Positions 11,676 to 24,700 of a DNA stretch of 64,000 nt are shown here, piece after piece. Within the stretch, counting starts at the first letter, position 1. Every line of letters starts with the position of its first letter. A program made the translations under genes and the position numbers. Origin of the DNA: Spizellomyces punctatus DAOM BR117. Its lineage: Eukaryota. Location of the stretch: NCBI GenBank assembly GCA_000182565.2, contig KQ257467.1, one strand, 5' to 3'. The notes under the pieces were generated by a model. The model was given only the letters and a program-made list of their open reading frames with translations, was not told the origin of the DNA and ran no database searches.

Positions 11676-14600
11676 AAGTAACCCCGGGAAGCATCACACA
11701 TATACAGTAAATTCTAGAAATTTCAATTGATATACGACGTATCTGCCATCTCATTGTCGTCATCCACTGGAAACTGTTATGAATGATGAATCTGCATAGT
11801 TTTTTAATGCATAATTCCAATCTGATGTGCATAAGTGTGCTTTTGTGGGGTTGCCTGCGCATCACGGGGACAGGTGGTTCGAATGGAATTACAAGTGTGA
11901 CATGAAGCCAAGTACGAAATCAAACCAGTGCTGTGCTTGTTGCCTGGCGCTTGGAACACTGCGGACTATCTTTGGGTTTTGGGAGGTTTAACGGATATGG
12001 GCATTGGTGGCATTGGGCATTGGGAGCCATAGTCTTGCGAATCGTCCAGCCATAGTCTTGATGCTATGGGCATTGCCATTCGTACGCAGCCACGCAGCAC
12101 ATGAGCAGCCATGGTTGTTTAGCCATAGGCAAAAAGAGGGACCAAAATGTTGCATGGCATGTCTCATATCGACAAATGTGACGACCAAGTTTTTTGGGAC
12201 ATTTTGGGATGTGTGTGTGTGTGTGTAGATATGGGTGACAAGAAATAAAGTTTTGGTCGCTTGCTCCAAACAAAACGTGTTTAGTCGAGAAGACCCGCGC
12301 GCGAGGGCTTTTTGTCCTTCCGTTGTCCTTCCATTGCGTTTTCCTCGTTTGTCGTCCTAATCGTCCTAATCGTCGTTTGTCGATTGTTGATCGGTTGGGG
12401 CGGGCATTAATTTGTTAATAAAAAGCAACACAAAAAATAACTCGAGCAAATTGGAAAGTGTGCTTTAACGAGACGAGTAAATCTCTGGTCTCACTGTAAC
12501 ATAAAAGCTCGTGCAAGTGGAAGGGACATTTTCCAACTTTGGTTGTTTTGCTCCAATTGGCATTTCTGGCTCAAGGCACATTAATGATAATAATAATGTT
12601 AATACTGCTATTGCTTGCTGTTGACTCCAACTTTTACACACACACACACACAAGGCGACGAGCAAACGGCAAGAGATCCAGGAAGGAAAAAGGTGTTTTC
12701 AATAAAAGACAACGAAAGGGAGGGTCACAAATAAAATCAATAATCTCCCTCCCTCCCCCTTCGTTGTGCTCTTTCGTCCAACGAAACCTTTTTGGTCCCG
12801 CGCTTGGATTGCTCGCGTGTTCTTCCTCCTTCTCTTCTCCTCGGCTCTCCTCTCGTCCCCCTGGCACAATTTCCAAAATCTTGACCCCTTTCGATTTTCC
12901 AACCGGGACTTTTGTCATTCTACTCTCCCGTGCTTTTCCATTTGTGAACGACGAACGACGACGACGACGAACGAGACGTAAAAAACAACCTTTGGAGACG
13001 ATCTGAAAAGTGTCTTGTTTGCGCGCGCTTGCTCAGGAGGGTTCATCGGCTTGCTTTGCCCTGGCACACCTTTATACCATTCCATCTTTTTTTTTTTTTG
13101 TTTTCTCGTTTAGCTCTTTGACTTGATCCTATTCCTCTCCCCTTCGCCCTCGCCTGCAATTCATTCTCTCCTTTTGCCCTCATCATCATCATCATCATCA
13201 TCATCTCGGTTGGGAGTGCCTCGACCCGCTCCATTTCACGATCTGCACTGCCCCCCCAAAAAGTGCTTTTCGCTCACTCCACACACAGACATCATCATCA
13301 TCATCACCTCCTCCTCCTCTTCCTCCTCTTTCTTGCCCTTTACCCCCTGGCGTTTTTTTTTTTTTTTTTTGAAAAAGAGAACGGGCGCGTTCGCTGTGCT
13401 TTTGGGGGGGTTTTCGTCATCTCTTATTTTTTTTTATGACTTGCGGGAGGACGAGGCTCGGTCGACTAAAGTTGCATTGCTGCTATTGCGAGATTTATTG
13501 AAATGTGTGTATTTTATCAAGAAGCTTTCTTGTCTTGAAGCGTTCATTGTTTATTCATCTTGAACATCTCGTAAAAGCGTTCAAGAACAAGAAACACTTC
13601 TATCGCAAGCCCTGAAGAAACAAAAAGGCGGCTTCAAAGCGTCCCTTTCCTGCCCTGTTTTTCTTTCATTTACAAGACGCTTGTTTGGCTGGCTGGTCGT
13701 CTTTCACGCCCTCCTCGTTCTTCTGCGCCCACTTGAGTTCGACAAACCCCCACCACCGACCATCACCCCCAAACGATCGCACCTGAACACTATCTTCCTC
13801 ACACTACCGGCAACGCATCCTGCCATCTTTTTTTTTTTTTTATTATTTTTTGGATTGTGGAGAGTAGGTGTGGGGGCTTGCCCGAAACCTGGTTTTTTTT
13901 TTTTGGCAAGACGCTTTTTTATTCGTTTATTTGCCTGGAGGGTTAACCCTTTTTTTCAGTCATTCCCCTTCCGTACTCGGGTACGTATCTTTGCTGGGCG
14001 TTGTCCATGGCTTTTGCAGTTGCAGCTCACGCTACTTTTTTTTTTTTTTTTTCATTAGGCAACCCTGTTGAACTCTAGAGATTTAATGGCAACAGGGACC
14101 GTTGTCGTCGTCGTTTCTTTCATTTGACCCCCCTTTCTTGATCTTGGCCCCCCCTTCCTCCTTCTTTGATGGGGGGATACCCGCAAATCGAACAAGGTCT
14201 GCTTGTGTTTTTGGGGACAGCTCCGTAGCAAGAAAAGCCAACAAGAACGAAATAAACCCTTTGGTATCGTCCTCCGGTAAGCAGCCGATCCCTGCTGCGT
14301 ACTTTGGACAAGGCCAAAACAAAAAGAACACTTTTCGACCTCGCAATCGCATTCTCTCTCTCTCGTCTAGTCCCTGGCGTTTTTTTAAAAGAAAAACCCT
14401 TCAAGGTCGACACCGAATACTTTATTCTTCCTCGCTACCACACGCACGCACGCACGCACGCACATTGCGTAAAGGTTCCAAAGCGAGGTGCCTTTTTGCC
14501 TTTTGGGCACGCTGTCTACCGTTTGGGCTATTCCAGGGAAACCAACCACATCTGCAAACAACCAAGAGATCCCGTACCAGATTTCCCTGCAAGGTACCTC

Positions 14601-15138
14601 CAACCTTTTTGCGCTGGTCGGCATCCCTTTCGGCTTTTTTTCAAACGACCCAAGCCAAACAAACAAAAAAAAATAACAAGATCTGACTTGCAGCAGTTGC
14701 ATCTTGGGGAGGGTCTCGTTTCCTTTGCAACTTTTTTGGGTGGTTATATTTTTGTTTTGACGGGCGGAGAGACTTGACAGTCCCTCTCGAGAAGAACGGT
14801 CCACCTCTTGCGCGCGCGACCTTTTACGCCTTGCTTCTTTTTGTTGAATGTTGGACGACGACGACGGATTGACTTGAATTTACCGGTACGTTTTTTCTTT
14901 TGCTATTGTCCACCAAACCCCGTTTGCTGCGCAAAAAGAAGCGAGGCGTTTAAACAAGGTCATTCGCGTCACGACCAGGAACACCTTCTACACCCCGCTG
15001 CCCTCCCTCACTTGACCCCCCCTACCCCAAACCAACAACAAGAGCCTTTCAGGTTCAAAACGGGCGCTAAACCCAAACCCCTCCTATACCACACCACCAA
15101 CACCCACCCACCCACCGACGCTTTATTAAAAAAAAATT

Positions 15139-16950
15139 ATGTCGGCACCTTCTTCTCGTGAGGAAACTGGCAACATGCCGCCCATCTCGGCCTTTATCGA
15201 CGATAACCGCCGAAAACCTCAACCGGATCCATCGTATATTCTCCCTCCTCCCACCGATTACGGCGCCCATGCATATAGCCAACAGCAGCAACAGCAGCAA
15301 CAACAACCACAACAACAACAGTCATCACAACCAACCTACCCCCCACAACCCCCTCGCGCGTTTTACCCCCATGCCCAAGCCCAGCATTACGTTCAAGCGG
15401 ATTTGCAGGCATGGCAACCTCCACCACCTTACCCCCCCGCTCACGGTCCCGCTCAACCTTCTTCGTATTCAACGTTAAACAGTGAAGACATGTTGCATTA
15501 CCCTCCAACTCTATCGGAATCGCGGCATAGCGGTATGAGCCATCACCACCATCATCCGCAACAAGCGCAACAAGCTCAACAACAAGCAACACCCCAACAG
15601 CAACCACCACCACCGCACCAACAGCAGCAGCAGCAGCAACAGCAACATACCCATCCAGCGCATCCCGATTATGCTCACGACCGCCCGTCGACGGGAACGG
15701 CATCGTCCCATTCTCGCTCGACATCTGCACCTCCTGGTGGACTCGTTATTGGGTCTGGCCCACATCAACAAGCAAGTGTCCGCCCGAGCGGTCCTGCGCA
15801 CGGTCAGTCCTCATCAACGGGTGGACGCGGCGGGCGAGGTGGAAAGGCGGATAAAGGTACCCGGAAATTCGTGTGTCAAGTGGAAAACTGTGGGCGGTCC
15901 TTCAATACATCGTAAGTTTTTCATGCTTTTATTGTGGCATATTCTTGTTTTTCTTATGTATGCTGCACACTCTTTAGAGGACACTTGGCTCGCCATGTGA
16001 AAATCCACAGCGGGGAGAAACCCTACAATTGCCCCATACCCGGCTGTGCGTCCCGGTTTTCCCGGCACGACAATATGCTCCAGCACTACCGGGCCCACAT
16101 GCGCAAACTCCAATGGGCTGCTCCACCTCCGGGCGTTATCCCTCCCGTCCCGATGAGCCCCGGCCGGCGTCCACCCGGACCTAGCACACCCTACGTGAGC
16201 GAACCGTACATGATGCGCACCCAAGCATTTGCACAGCAGCAGCAGCAGCAGCAACCACCGCAAGCGCAACCCCAACCTCAACAACAAACTCCCTACACGG
16301 ATCTCTCTGTTCCCAGTGAAACCCTCTCCGTGGAGCCCTACCCACGAGGAACAGACCTGTTGGGCCGCCGCATGTCCATGCCCTCCATCCCTCAACGTCC
16401 CATCACCCCCTACGCCCGCGCAGCCGAAAGCAACCCGCAAGACTACTCACCACGTCAAGACGCACGCTACGTGGACCAACAGTACATGGACCGCATGTAC
16501 ACTGGCTCCGAATACGTCCGCGGGCGATCCTTATCCTTGACGCACTTGAACCGCTATTCCCCTTATTTCACACCACAGCCTCCTGAAGGTGTCTGGGCGT
16601 ACCATTATGATACCAGTATGCGGTACCCGCCCGTACAACCCCCCCAACAACCTCCTCAACAACCCCAACAAACACTTTCACAACAACCTCAACAACAACA
16701 ACAAATGCAGCAGCGGTACACGCCCTACAATTATGACGCCCGTCGCAAGTCCCCCACATTACCCCTCTTGCGCTCTCTTGCCCAATTTGAGGAAAAGGAT
16801 GCAAGTACCCCTGGTGCAACGACGGGCGAAGCGCCGGTCCTTACGGCTGGATTTGCGTATTATCCTACCGCTCCTGCGTACTCTGGGGGAATGGTTGGAG
16901 AGAAAAAGGATAAGGAGGAGGATAAGAAGGAGGTTTGTGAGTGTGGGTAG
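15139..16950 (+). CDS. C2H2 zinc-finger transcription factor, Nrg1-like, Q/P-rich
   Basis: Intron 15912-15977 gives FVCQVENCGRSFNTSGHLARHVKIHSGEKPYNCPIPGCASRFSRHDNMLQHYRAH; the TSGHLARH/FSRxDN fingers match the fungal Nrg1 type; poly-Q tracts. Confidence 0.85.
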
Positions 16951-17968
16951 TGTTTTCGTTTGAGCAATGTGTTTATGTGAGGGATCGAGTGGTGGGAGAT
17001 GGATGATGAACAGTTTTTTGATTTTTTGTTGTTGTTTTTTTGTTTTGGTTGCGGGGTTCTTGTGTGTTTTTTCTTTTTCTTTCTTGTTTAATACAGGGGT
17101 TTTCTTTTTCTTTTTGGGTTGTGCATATGGATGGTGTGTGTGTGTGTTTTTTTTTTTAAAAGAGCTAGTTTGAGGGGGTTTGAAGGATGTATGCCGTGTT
17201 GTTTGAGTGGGTTCTTGTTTTTTGTATATTTGGTTGGAGATTTGGAAGGATTTGGTGGACGGTTGGTTTTTTTTTTTTTTTTTGGCAGAGGGGAGGGGTC
17301 GCTTGCTTTTTGTTATCTCTTTTTTTTTTTTTATACGAATGTGACTTGATTGACTTATTGTTTGGCTTTTGGAACAACTTGGTGGGCTTAAGGCGCCGTA
17401 TTGCCATATTGAACACTAGAGTGTTACTTTTTTAATTACTGGTCTCTATGCTTGACAATAAACTCTGCGTTTGCATCCGAGCTCCATACTGTTGTTAAAC
17501 TTGCGCATTTTCAAAAAGTGTTCATGTTTGGGAGGAGGAGGTGTTTTATAACGTATTTGAAGCTTTGGCGAAATGCACGAGGGGAGAGCCCAAAGAGCGG
17601 GCAGAAGTAGGAGATTTTGCTTTTAAACTCCCCCCAGCCTTTCCCCGCCGTCCCCCGTCTATTTTTTGTCAGCTCAGCCTTTCAGCTCAGCTTCAGCCAG
17701 CAAACTTGCTCTTCCTGAATCAGATTTAGAGTACTTTAAGACCTGGGTTGGTTGTTTTGGGTGCCCGTTGTATGTGGAAAGGCAACGCCCGTTTTTCAGC
17801 CGCTGAACAACTGCACCGTACCGTCAAGGTAGGCTTTTGCTAACCGTTCTCAACATTCTCTCCTCGTCTCTGGGTTGTACTTGCCATTGATCCATCGTCA
17901 AAGGCTGGTCAACTCCACTCTACCTTAACCCAAAGTCAACAACAACACAAAAATACGGTTTATCCCAA

Positions 17969-20014
17969 ATGCCCACCCTCCTCGTCTTCCTCACCATCAC
18001 CCTCTTTCTCTTTCACGTCTTTTCCTCGCTCCCACTTGTCCTCCCCCTCATTTTTCTCACGCTCGCACTCGCTCAGTACACAATAACCCACCTCTACACA
18101 TCCCACCTCCAAAAAACAACAATCCTAACTGACATCCAATACTTGACGACACCACCACCACGCGGTAGGAAAGGCACTGCGATTGTAGTTGGAGGGTCCA
18201 TCGCAGGACTCATCACCTCTGCTGTGCTATTGAACCATTTTGATCGAGTGGTGGTGTTGGAGAGTGAGGAGATTGGTCAGAATGGGGATGGAAAAGAAGA
18301 ACGGAAACATGTTCCGCATGGGCGGCTTGCGCATGTGTTGTTACCGTTGGGATTGAAGGTTGTTAAAACGTTGTTTCCTGGGTTGGAAAATGGCAAGTTG
18401 CAGTTTGTTGTTTTTTCCCCATTTTTTTATATTGGTTTTGCGTATTGCTTTGTTAACGAGCATTCTCGTTTTTAACGTTTAGATCTTTTGGAACGAGGGG
18501 GCATACCTACCCAACTCTCTGCCCAATATCAACACATTTACGGAGGGTAAACGCCCCAACAAGAACCAGAATCCATACAGTATTTCACATTAACCAACAT
18601 ATTTCTATCATAGTCTGATCAAACAAACCCCATACGTCCCAGACACGGCCATCATCCTCACCTCCCGCCCTCTCCTCGAATCCACCATCCGTCACCAACT
18701 CCTTTTATCCGATCGCATCGAGTTTCGGTCTGGGACGGTTGTAACGGGGTTGGTGGTTCAAGAAGGGGATGTGAGAGGTGTCAAGGTTTTTGATGGGGAG
18801 AACAAGGCGGGGGTTGTGGAGGGGGTTGTGGTTGTTGATGCTACTGGGAGGAGTGCGAGAGGTTTGTAAACGAGTTTTCTTTTTGTGGGTTTTTTGGTTG
18901 GGATTTTTCTCATTTTTTGTTCTTGCCATTCTACTGTTTTGCTCTCTTTTACTTTTTGTTCTTACTGGTCGTCACCCTTTCTCACCTTACGCATGCCGTC
19001 TTTGCAACCCACTTTTTTCACAACGATTACGATTCAACACACTAGGAATCAAATGGCTCCAATCCCTCTCATACCCAACACCCCCAACAACATCCTACGA
19101 CCCCCACCAACAATACACATGCGCCCGCTTCAAAACCCACTCCGACCTGCCCAGCCTAGTCTTTAACGTTGGTTTCCCGGGCAAACGCCACGAAACCTTT
19201 GCCATCTTCCGCGTTGAAAACAATGAATGCATCCTTGGATCCATGTCGACGGGGAATCCCCATCCGATTGCACCTCGCTCCGATGAAGCGATGCGAGATT
19301 GGATGTTGGCGAGTGATTGTCCGGAATTGAATACCACCATGTTTGAGAGGGTTGGTGAACGGGTTTCTGAGTGGTTTTCTTGGAAGTTTCCGGGGAGTCG
19401 GTGGGTGAGGTATGAAGAGGTTGACCTTCCTGGAGGGTTTGTAGCGGTTGGTGATGCAGTTTGTAGGTAAGAGAAAAAAAAAAGACATGGACAAACGTAA
19501 CCAGTTTTGTTTTTGCTCACCTCTTTTTTTTTTCTGGCCGTAACCTTTTTAGTTTTAACCCAAGTAAGTCACAATATAAATTCCCTACTTTAAATGCAAA
19601 GGACCTTACACCACTCTTGCTGTTTTCTCAGTCTACGGCCAAGGCATGACCGCCGCCGCCATCGCCGCAACAACCCTCGACGCAACCCTCCGCAAAACAA
19701 CCTCACTTAAATCCCTCCCAAAAACCTACCACACCCTCCTCGCACACCGTCTAGAACCCATCTGGGACACGAACGAATCCAACGATATCCGATTCAAAGC
19801 CGTTACGCCTTCCTCGCCATTAGATTCCCATCGTGTCCGTCTTGAACGCTCTGGACGGGTTTTTGAATTGTTGGTGTACGCGGCGCAGGAGGATGCGGCT
19901 GCTTCGGGGTGTCTTTTGAGGTTGATGTCTATGGTTGCTGGACAGGCGGAGATGCTTGAGTGGAGGGTTTTGTGGGCTATTGCAAAGGTTGCTTGGAGGC
20001 GGTATTGGGAGTAG
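17969..20014 (+). CDS. FAD-dependent monooxygenase/oxidoreductase (LasC-like epoxidase/hydroxylase family) with hydrophobic N-terminus
   Basis: AIVVGGSIAGL Rossmann motif, RKHVPHGRLAHVLL, SRPLLESTIR, VVDATGR and spliced GDAVCSFNPIYGQGM; introns begin at 18393, ~18548, ~18862, 19467 and 19564. Confidence 0.85.
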
Positions 20015-21751
20015 ATAGCGAGTGAACGCATGGTGAGGTACGTGAGGAGAATAGTAGAGTGGTTTCGGTGAGGTTGGATAGATATCATTGAGTGTTTTAT
20101 ATCCAGAGTTTTCTTTATACCGTGTCAGGGATTGGGTATCTCGTCTTTTGTCTACAGAAACAATTCAAAAGGATGGATACAGATTGTATCGGAAAGAGTG
20201 CATACTGTCATTATGGATAAGGAAAGCAGAGCCTTTCCAGATATTTACGTGCACAAGGCCGGAAACCCCGCACAGTAAACATTCGTTACATTGGTCAGTG
20301 TTGCGAGTATGAGCAATCTGTTATCTGAGAGCGGACCAAGTAGCATATAACGCGGGGATGATCAATACGAACAAGGAACCAACTCCCATTGCCAGCAAAG
20401 TAATGCACCTTTGCGCAAAAAGAAGGTTAACGTAGCGTCACTGCGTCCAACCAAAAGACAAACGACACCCATTACCCCTCAACTGATGATAAATTGGTTC
20501 TTGTATGCCCCCGCTTACCAATAAAAAAGCCCGACGAAAAGGTTGATCCTAATCGAAGCACCACTACATCTCTCCTTTCCCAATCGCCAGACAGTTATCT
20601 CAGGCACAAACTCTATAGCCGGTATAGTGGACAACTTTTTCCCGCACTCTTCTCATTCTACAAGCCGCTGATAGGAGAGGGTGTTTGTTACGGTATCTGC
20701 CCACATTGAGGGCGGAGATGCACACACTTTTTGTGTGCTTTAAGTGATGGCGAATGAATCTAGCAAGGTGTGAATCCATAGTGGAGTATAGGGCGCTGTA
20801 AAGGTGTAGAGGTTTTGTGAGATTGCTTGAATGGAATCGTTTTGCCGTACATGTGGTGCTGGTTTATCTGACTTGCTTTGTTCATGTGCTCTTGTTGGTA
20901 CTTGTCGTGCGTACTGTTCTCAAAAGATGTTGGAAATGATTATTGATTCGTGATCAAGTTGATAAAGGGAACAAAGATAGGTTTTTTGTTGAGGGTGATC
21001 GAGGTGGGATGGATATATCAAAAGTTGGGTATTTGGATGTAAAGAAAAAAAAGGATACAAGTATATGCCATGGCAGTAGTAAATTGCCAGGCATATACAA
21101 TGCAGGAGTGGTCATGCAAAAATCAAAAGTCGAGTCTGCATACAATTCAAAAGCAAGGAAACGACCCAATGAACTAGCAAATATTAGGATAACTGGCAAC
21201 CAAAGAAAAAAAAAGGAGATTCTCCCCGCCGATCACCATCCGCCCAAAAAGCACTTGTAGAGCGCCAGTTGAAAAGCAGCTGAGCAGCCACGTCTCCCAG
21301 GTTTAACACAACACTCGATAACTTGCTTGTTCCATGAACCTTTAACCAGCATATTAGCAGCAAAGATCTGTTGGTTCATCCGTTTAAACTGTAACGAGTG
21401 TGACAAGGCATCCCGCTTTTTATGTCATTTTCCACTCCTCGGGGGGGAGCATCAAGTGTTTTTTTGCTTCTTGAGATGCGACGATGAATCGGCAAGCAGC
21501 AAAACAAGTTCCCTTTTGGTATGATTTCTTTGGCAGCCTTCTCCTTTTTTGTGACATGACGCAAGGTTGAAAGGCAACAGGGGCTTTTTTTTTTGAGTGA
21601 TAACAACAAGCTTGGATTGCACATGAGCAATTCTCCGTCCACGTTGAGTCTCCTCGAGTGCGGGATATATATTGCAAGTAGAGGGTCGTTCATCCTTTGG
21701 CCTCCCCCCAAACCCCCAGGTTTTTTACCTCGACCAATACCTATACTAGTA

Positions 21752-23152
21752 ATGGTTTTCATTCGATTTTGGAAGTATCCGTCTGTAGATCAACTGGCTC
21801 GTAAGGAGTTTGATCTCGATAGCGTTATTGCTGGTAAGCAGTTTTTTTTGCTGGTGCGGCAGAGATACGCAAATCCCTAAATGGTGCTCATCTTGCAAAA
21901 CCTTGCATTGTTGCTGATATAGGAAAGACATATGATCCAATCGGATTGAAAGATTTAAACAGCTACTGCCGTTTCGTGGAGCATTCTTCAGAGAACCTAC
22001 ACTTTTATCTGTGGTTCCTGGATTACCGGGCTCGCTTTAATGCGCTGCCTGAAGGACAAAGTTGTCTTTCTGCCCCAACGACAGTAAAGGAGACTGACGA
22101 AAAGTCCAATGCCGCATTCGAGGCCACGGAACATACACTGTCCATCTATCCTCTTCACAGTGAGATAAGAGTCGTAAGCTGTCCCTTAACTAGCATGTAC
22201 AACCTTATGGTGTCACCCGACTGACGATGGAAATGTCGGAACACAGGGGAAAGATGAATACGCCAAACCGCCTTCGTTGACTGGCACTGATGCCTGGCTT
22301 TTGGACCCAAGCGCCGACACCAAAGCAGCAACAGAAACGCTCTTTTTGTCTCGCTCTCCGAAAGCCAAACTCCAACCTTTTCGGCGGGAAGTAGATCGAG
22401 CCATCTCCACGTTTATACTCACCACATCCCCCCGTGAACTCAACTTGCCGGGTCGTATCCGAACCGCTCTGATGGAAGCCGCAGAAGAAACGACTCACCC
22501 ATCGGTATTTGAGCCCGCCGCACAGCACATCCGTACCCTCCTCTCCACAACAACGTATCCCAATTTTCTAAAATACGCATGCTGTAACGCCAATTACCCG
22601 CGCATGGTGTTTGCAGTGACGCTGACAACCACATTGATGCTTGCGGGTTTGTTTACCGGTATCTGGACGGTTATGACGGGTATGCCACGAGCCTACCGAC
22701 TCTTTGCTGTCCTCTTTTTCTTTTTGGGTGCTTTGATTGGCGGGTTTAGAGCTGGATGTATTTGTATATACCGTGAGTCCTTGAAGCCATTTTAGCATTT
22801 GTCAGAGATACATTTCCGCTGACATACTATACTAGTGTTTGGATGTCGACGACAAGTACGCCCTGACGAGATGTGGGCCGATGGTACCTGCCGAATCAAA
22901 CGTCCTCGATTATGGTGTCTTCGTATCTTTGAAAAGGAAGTGCGGGTTGAAGAGGGCCGGTTACGGCGGATTTGTGATCGGGTCTTTGTTAATGTTTGTT
23001 TTCCACCCGTTTATGCGTCCCTTCTGGGCCCCTTTATTGTTGTATTTACTCTGCCGTTTTTTTTTTTTTTTCGATAGGCATTGATAGGTGCCATTACCTT
23101 TGCGGGCTTGATGGCCGCGATTTTCTTGAGTTTGCCGAAAGGACACTATTGA
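21752..23152 (+). CDS. Fungal RGS-domain protein with C-terminal membrane helices (Rax1-like architecture)
   Basis: Spliced LDSVIAGKTYDPIGLKDLNSYCRFVEHSSENLHFYLW; FILTTSPRELNL, THPSVFEPA, YPNFL; hydrophobic helices; last exon ALIGAITFAGLMAAIFLSLPKGHY-stop. Confidence 0.75.
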
Positions 23153-24204
23153 CTTGCATAAACACTTGGATCGACTGTAGCGCACAACAATATATGGATC
23201 GGATGTGTAGATATTCATTAGTGTAGTTTTCGTATCATAGCTGGATAGTATTCGTAGGTTAGTAGCTGTGGTGAGGATTGCTTTTGCACCGTATGTAAAC
23301 ATGTATATCGAGTAATACAGTTCGGAGTTGGTCCATTTCTTGAACATGTAACATTTCAACAACTTTGTTCTACGCAAATTGGGGCAATCTCACCTATTGC
23401 CGCAACGGCTATACCGACAGAAATCATTCATGTATCTCCAGTGGTTGACAGCTGCCTTATCCGAAGGTACTGAGACAAAGACTCTCGGAACTGGTACCCA
23501 CATGTTCATGAGACGGTGTTGCCTGCTCAATCGACACAAATGTAATGAGAGTTCAAAAAATGGTGCATTTATCGCAGAGATTCAGTACGACGGTCTCGAT
23601 GACCCACTTGAAATGTCATCCAAACTTACCATTATGTGCTTTTGTAGTGTCGTGCATACGCTTGCCATTGAGCAGTATCCCATTTTTGATGAACTGTGTA
23701 TTTGAATACTTTCATTCTCTTAGCCTCTTAGGATTCCCTAGATCATAGATAGTCATCGGTACGCCAATTTCCACGGACCTACTCTGCGCACTTTAGAATT
23801 GTTTGAGAGAGTGGAAGTCAAGGCCTGTTAGCGGTCAATACAGAGTTGCAGTCCTTATGATTACTTCTTCAAGTCGGACTTTGCCATTGGTGGCAGTTAT
23901 TCGTACGGGTTTGCTCCAAGCAGAACCTTTGATCGCCAAGCTTCCAATTCATTGGATTTTCAACGAAGCGGCTCTAACATGTTTTCTTCGGATCCTTCAA
24001 GTCTGACCCTTTCGGGGTTTTTGTAATGAATACTCAGAGTCCTTTGGGCAAATACACGCCAGCGCTTGCCTAACGGTAAAATGCGGACTACTCGATAGAC
24101 TATTTTGAGATAAGCACATGTCATGCAATTTGTGAGTTGGTCAACATTGGTTTATCTACAAAGACAGTCCAACATGCGTACACACACACACACACGATAT
24201 AGCG

Positions 24205-24276
24205 TTATGAGCACACGGTGCCATAGGGACCAGTGCTTGACCGCTGACTTTCTAAAGTGAACAGTTTTTCGAGCTT
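24205..24276 (+). repeat. ~70 bp direct repeat, copy 1
   Basis: ttatgagcacacggtgccatagggaccagtgcttgaccgctgactttctaaagtgaacagtttttcgagctt; matches 26470-26537. Confidence 0.85.
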
Positions 24277-24700
24277 GAGCGGCGGGGCGGGGGGGGGGGG
24301 CTGAACATCCGTCACTATCGATAGTTAAAGTTTGACCAATTGGTTGCTTTTCGACATAGTCCGAGTTCTTGTAAGCTTTTGTTTTTAATTCCAGAAAAGG
24401 ACACTTTTTCATCAATGGGTTACTATCGAGTAGCGCCATTAATTAACTCAGCTTAAAAACCTTAAACTGTTCTTCTATGGATGGTAAAGTGTTATGATTT
24501 TGACTGGCCTGCGCAGCTTGTGTTGGAGTAACCCACAGTCCAACTCTTCACATGTTGACGCCTCTAAAGGAAGGAAAAGAAAAAGCAATTTACCGTCATT
24601 TCGATTTCCTACAGTTGACATATTTACTTTGCAGCAAACCTCTTCACCATTCGATCAAACCTCGATCAACAAGCTCACAAGTAGTACTCGGTTAACGACA

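Noticed and set aside
12465..15161. Many 60-190 aa ORFs on both strands
   Set aside because: F/L/K-rich translations of poly-T/A tracts and microsatellites, mostly non-ATG starts, no motifs.
23300..24060. Intron-like signals and coding-like fragments on the minus strand
   Set aside because: No frame without stops and no recognisable motif; possibly a decayed gene but unsupported.
24494..24700. N-terminal extension of the GH16 ORF
   Set aside because: A clear signal peptide begins at ATG 24701; the upstream part looks like promoter/UTR.
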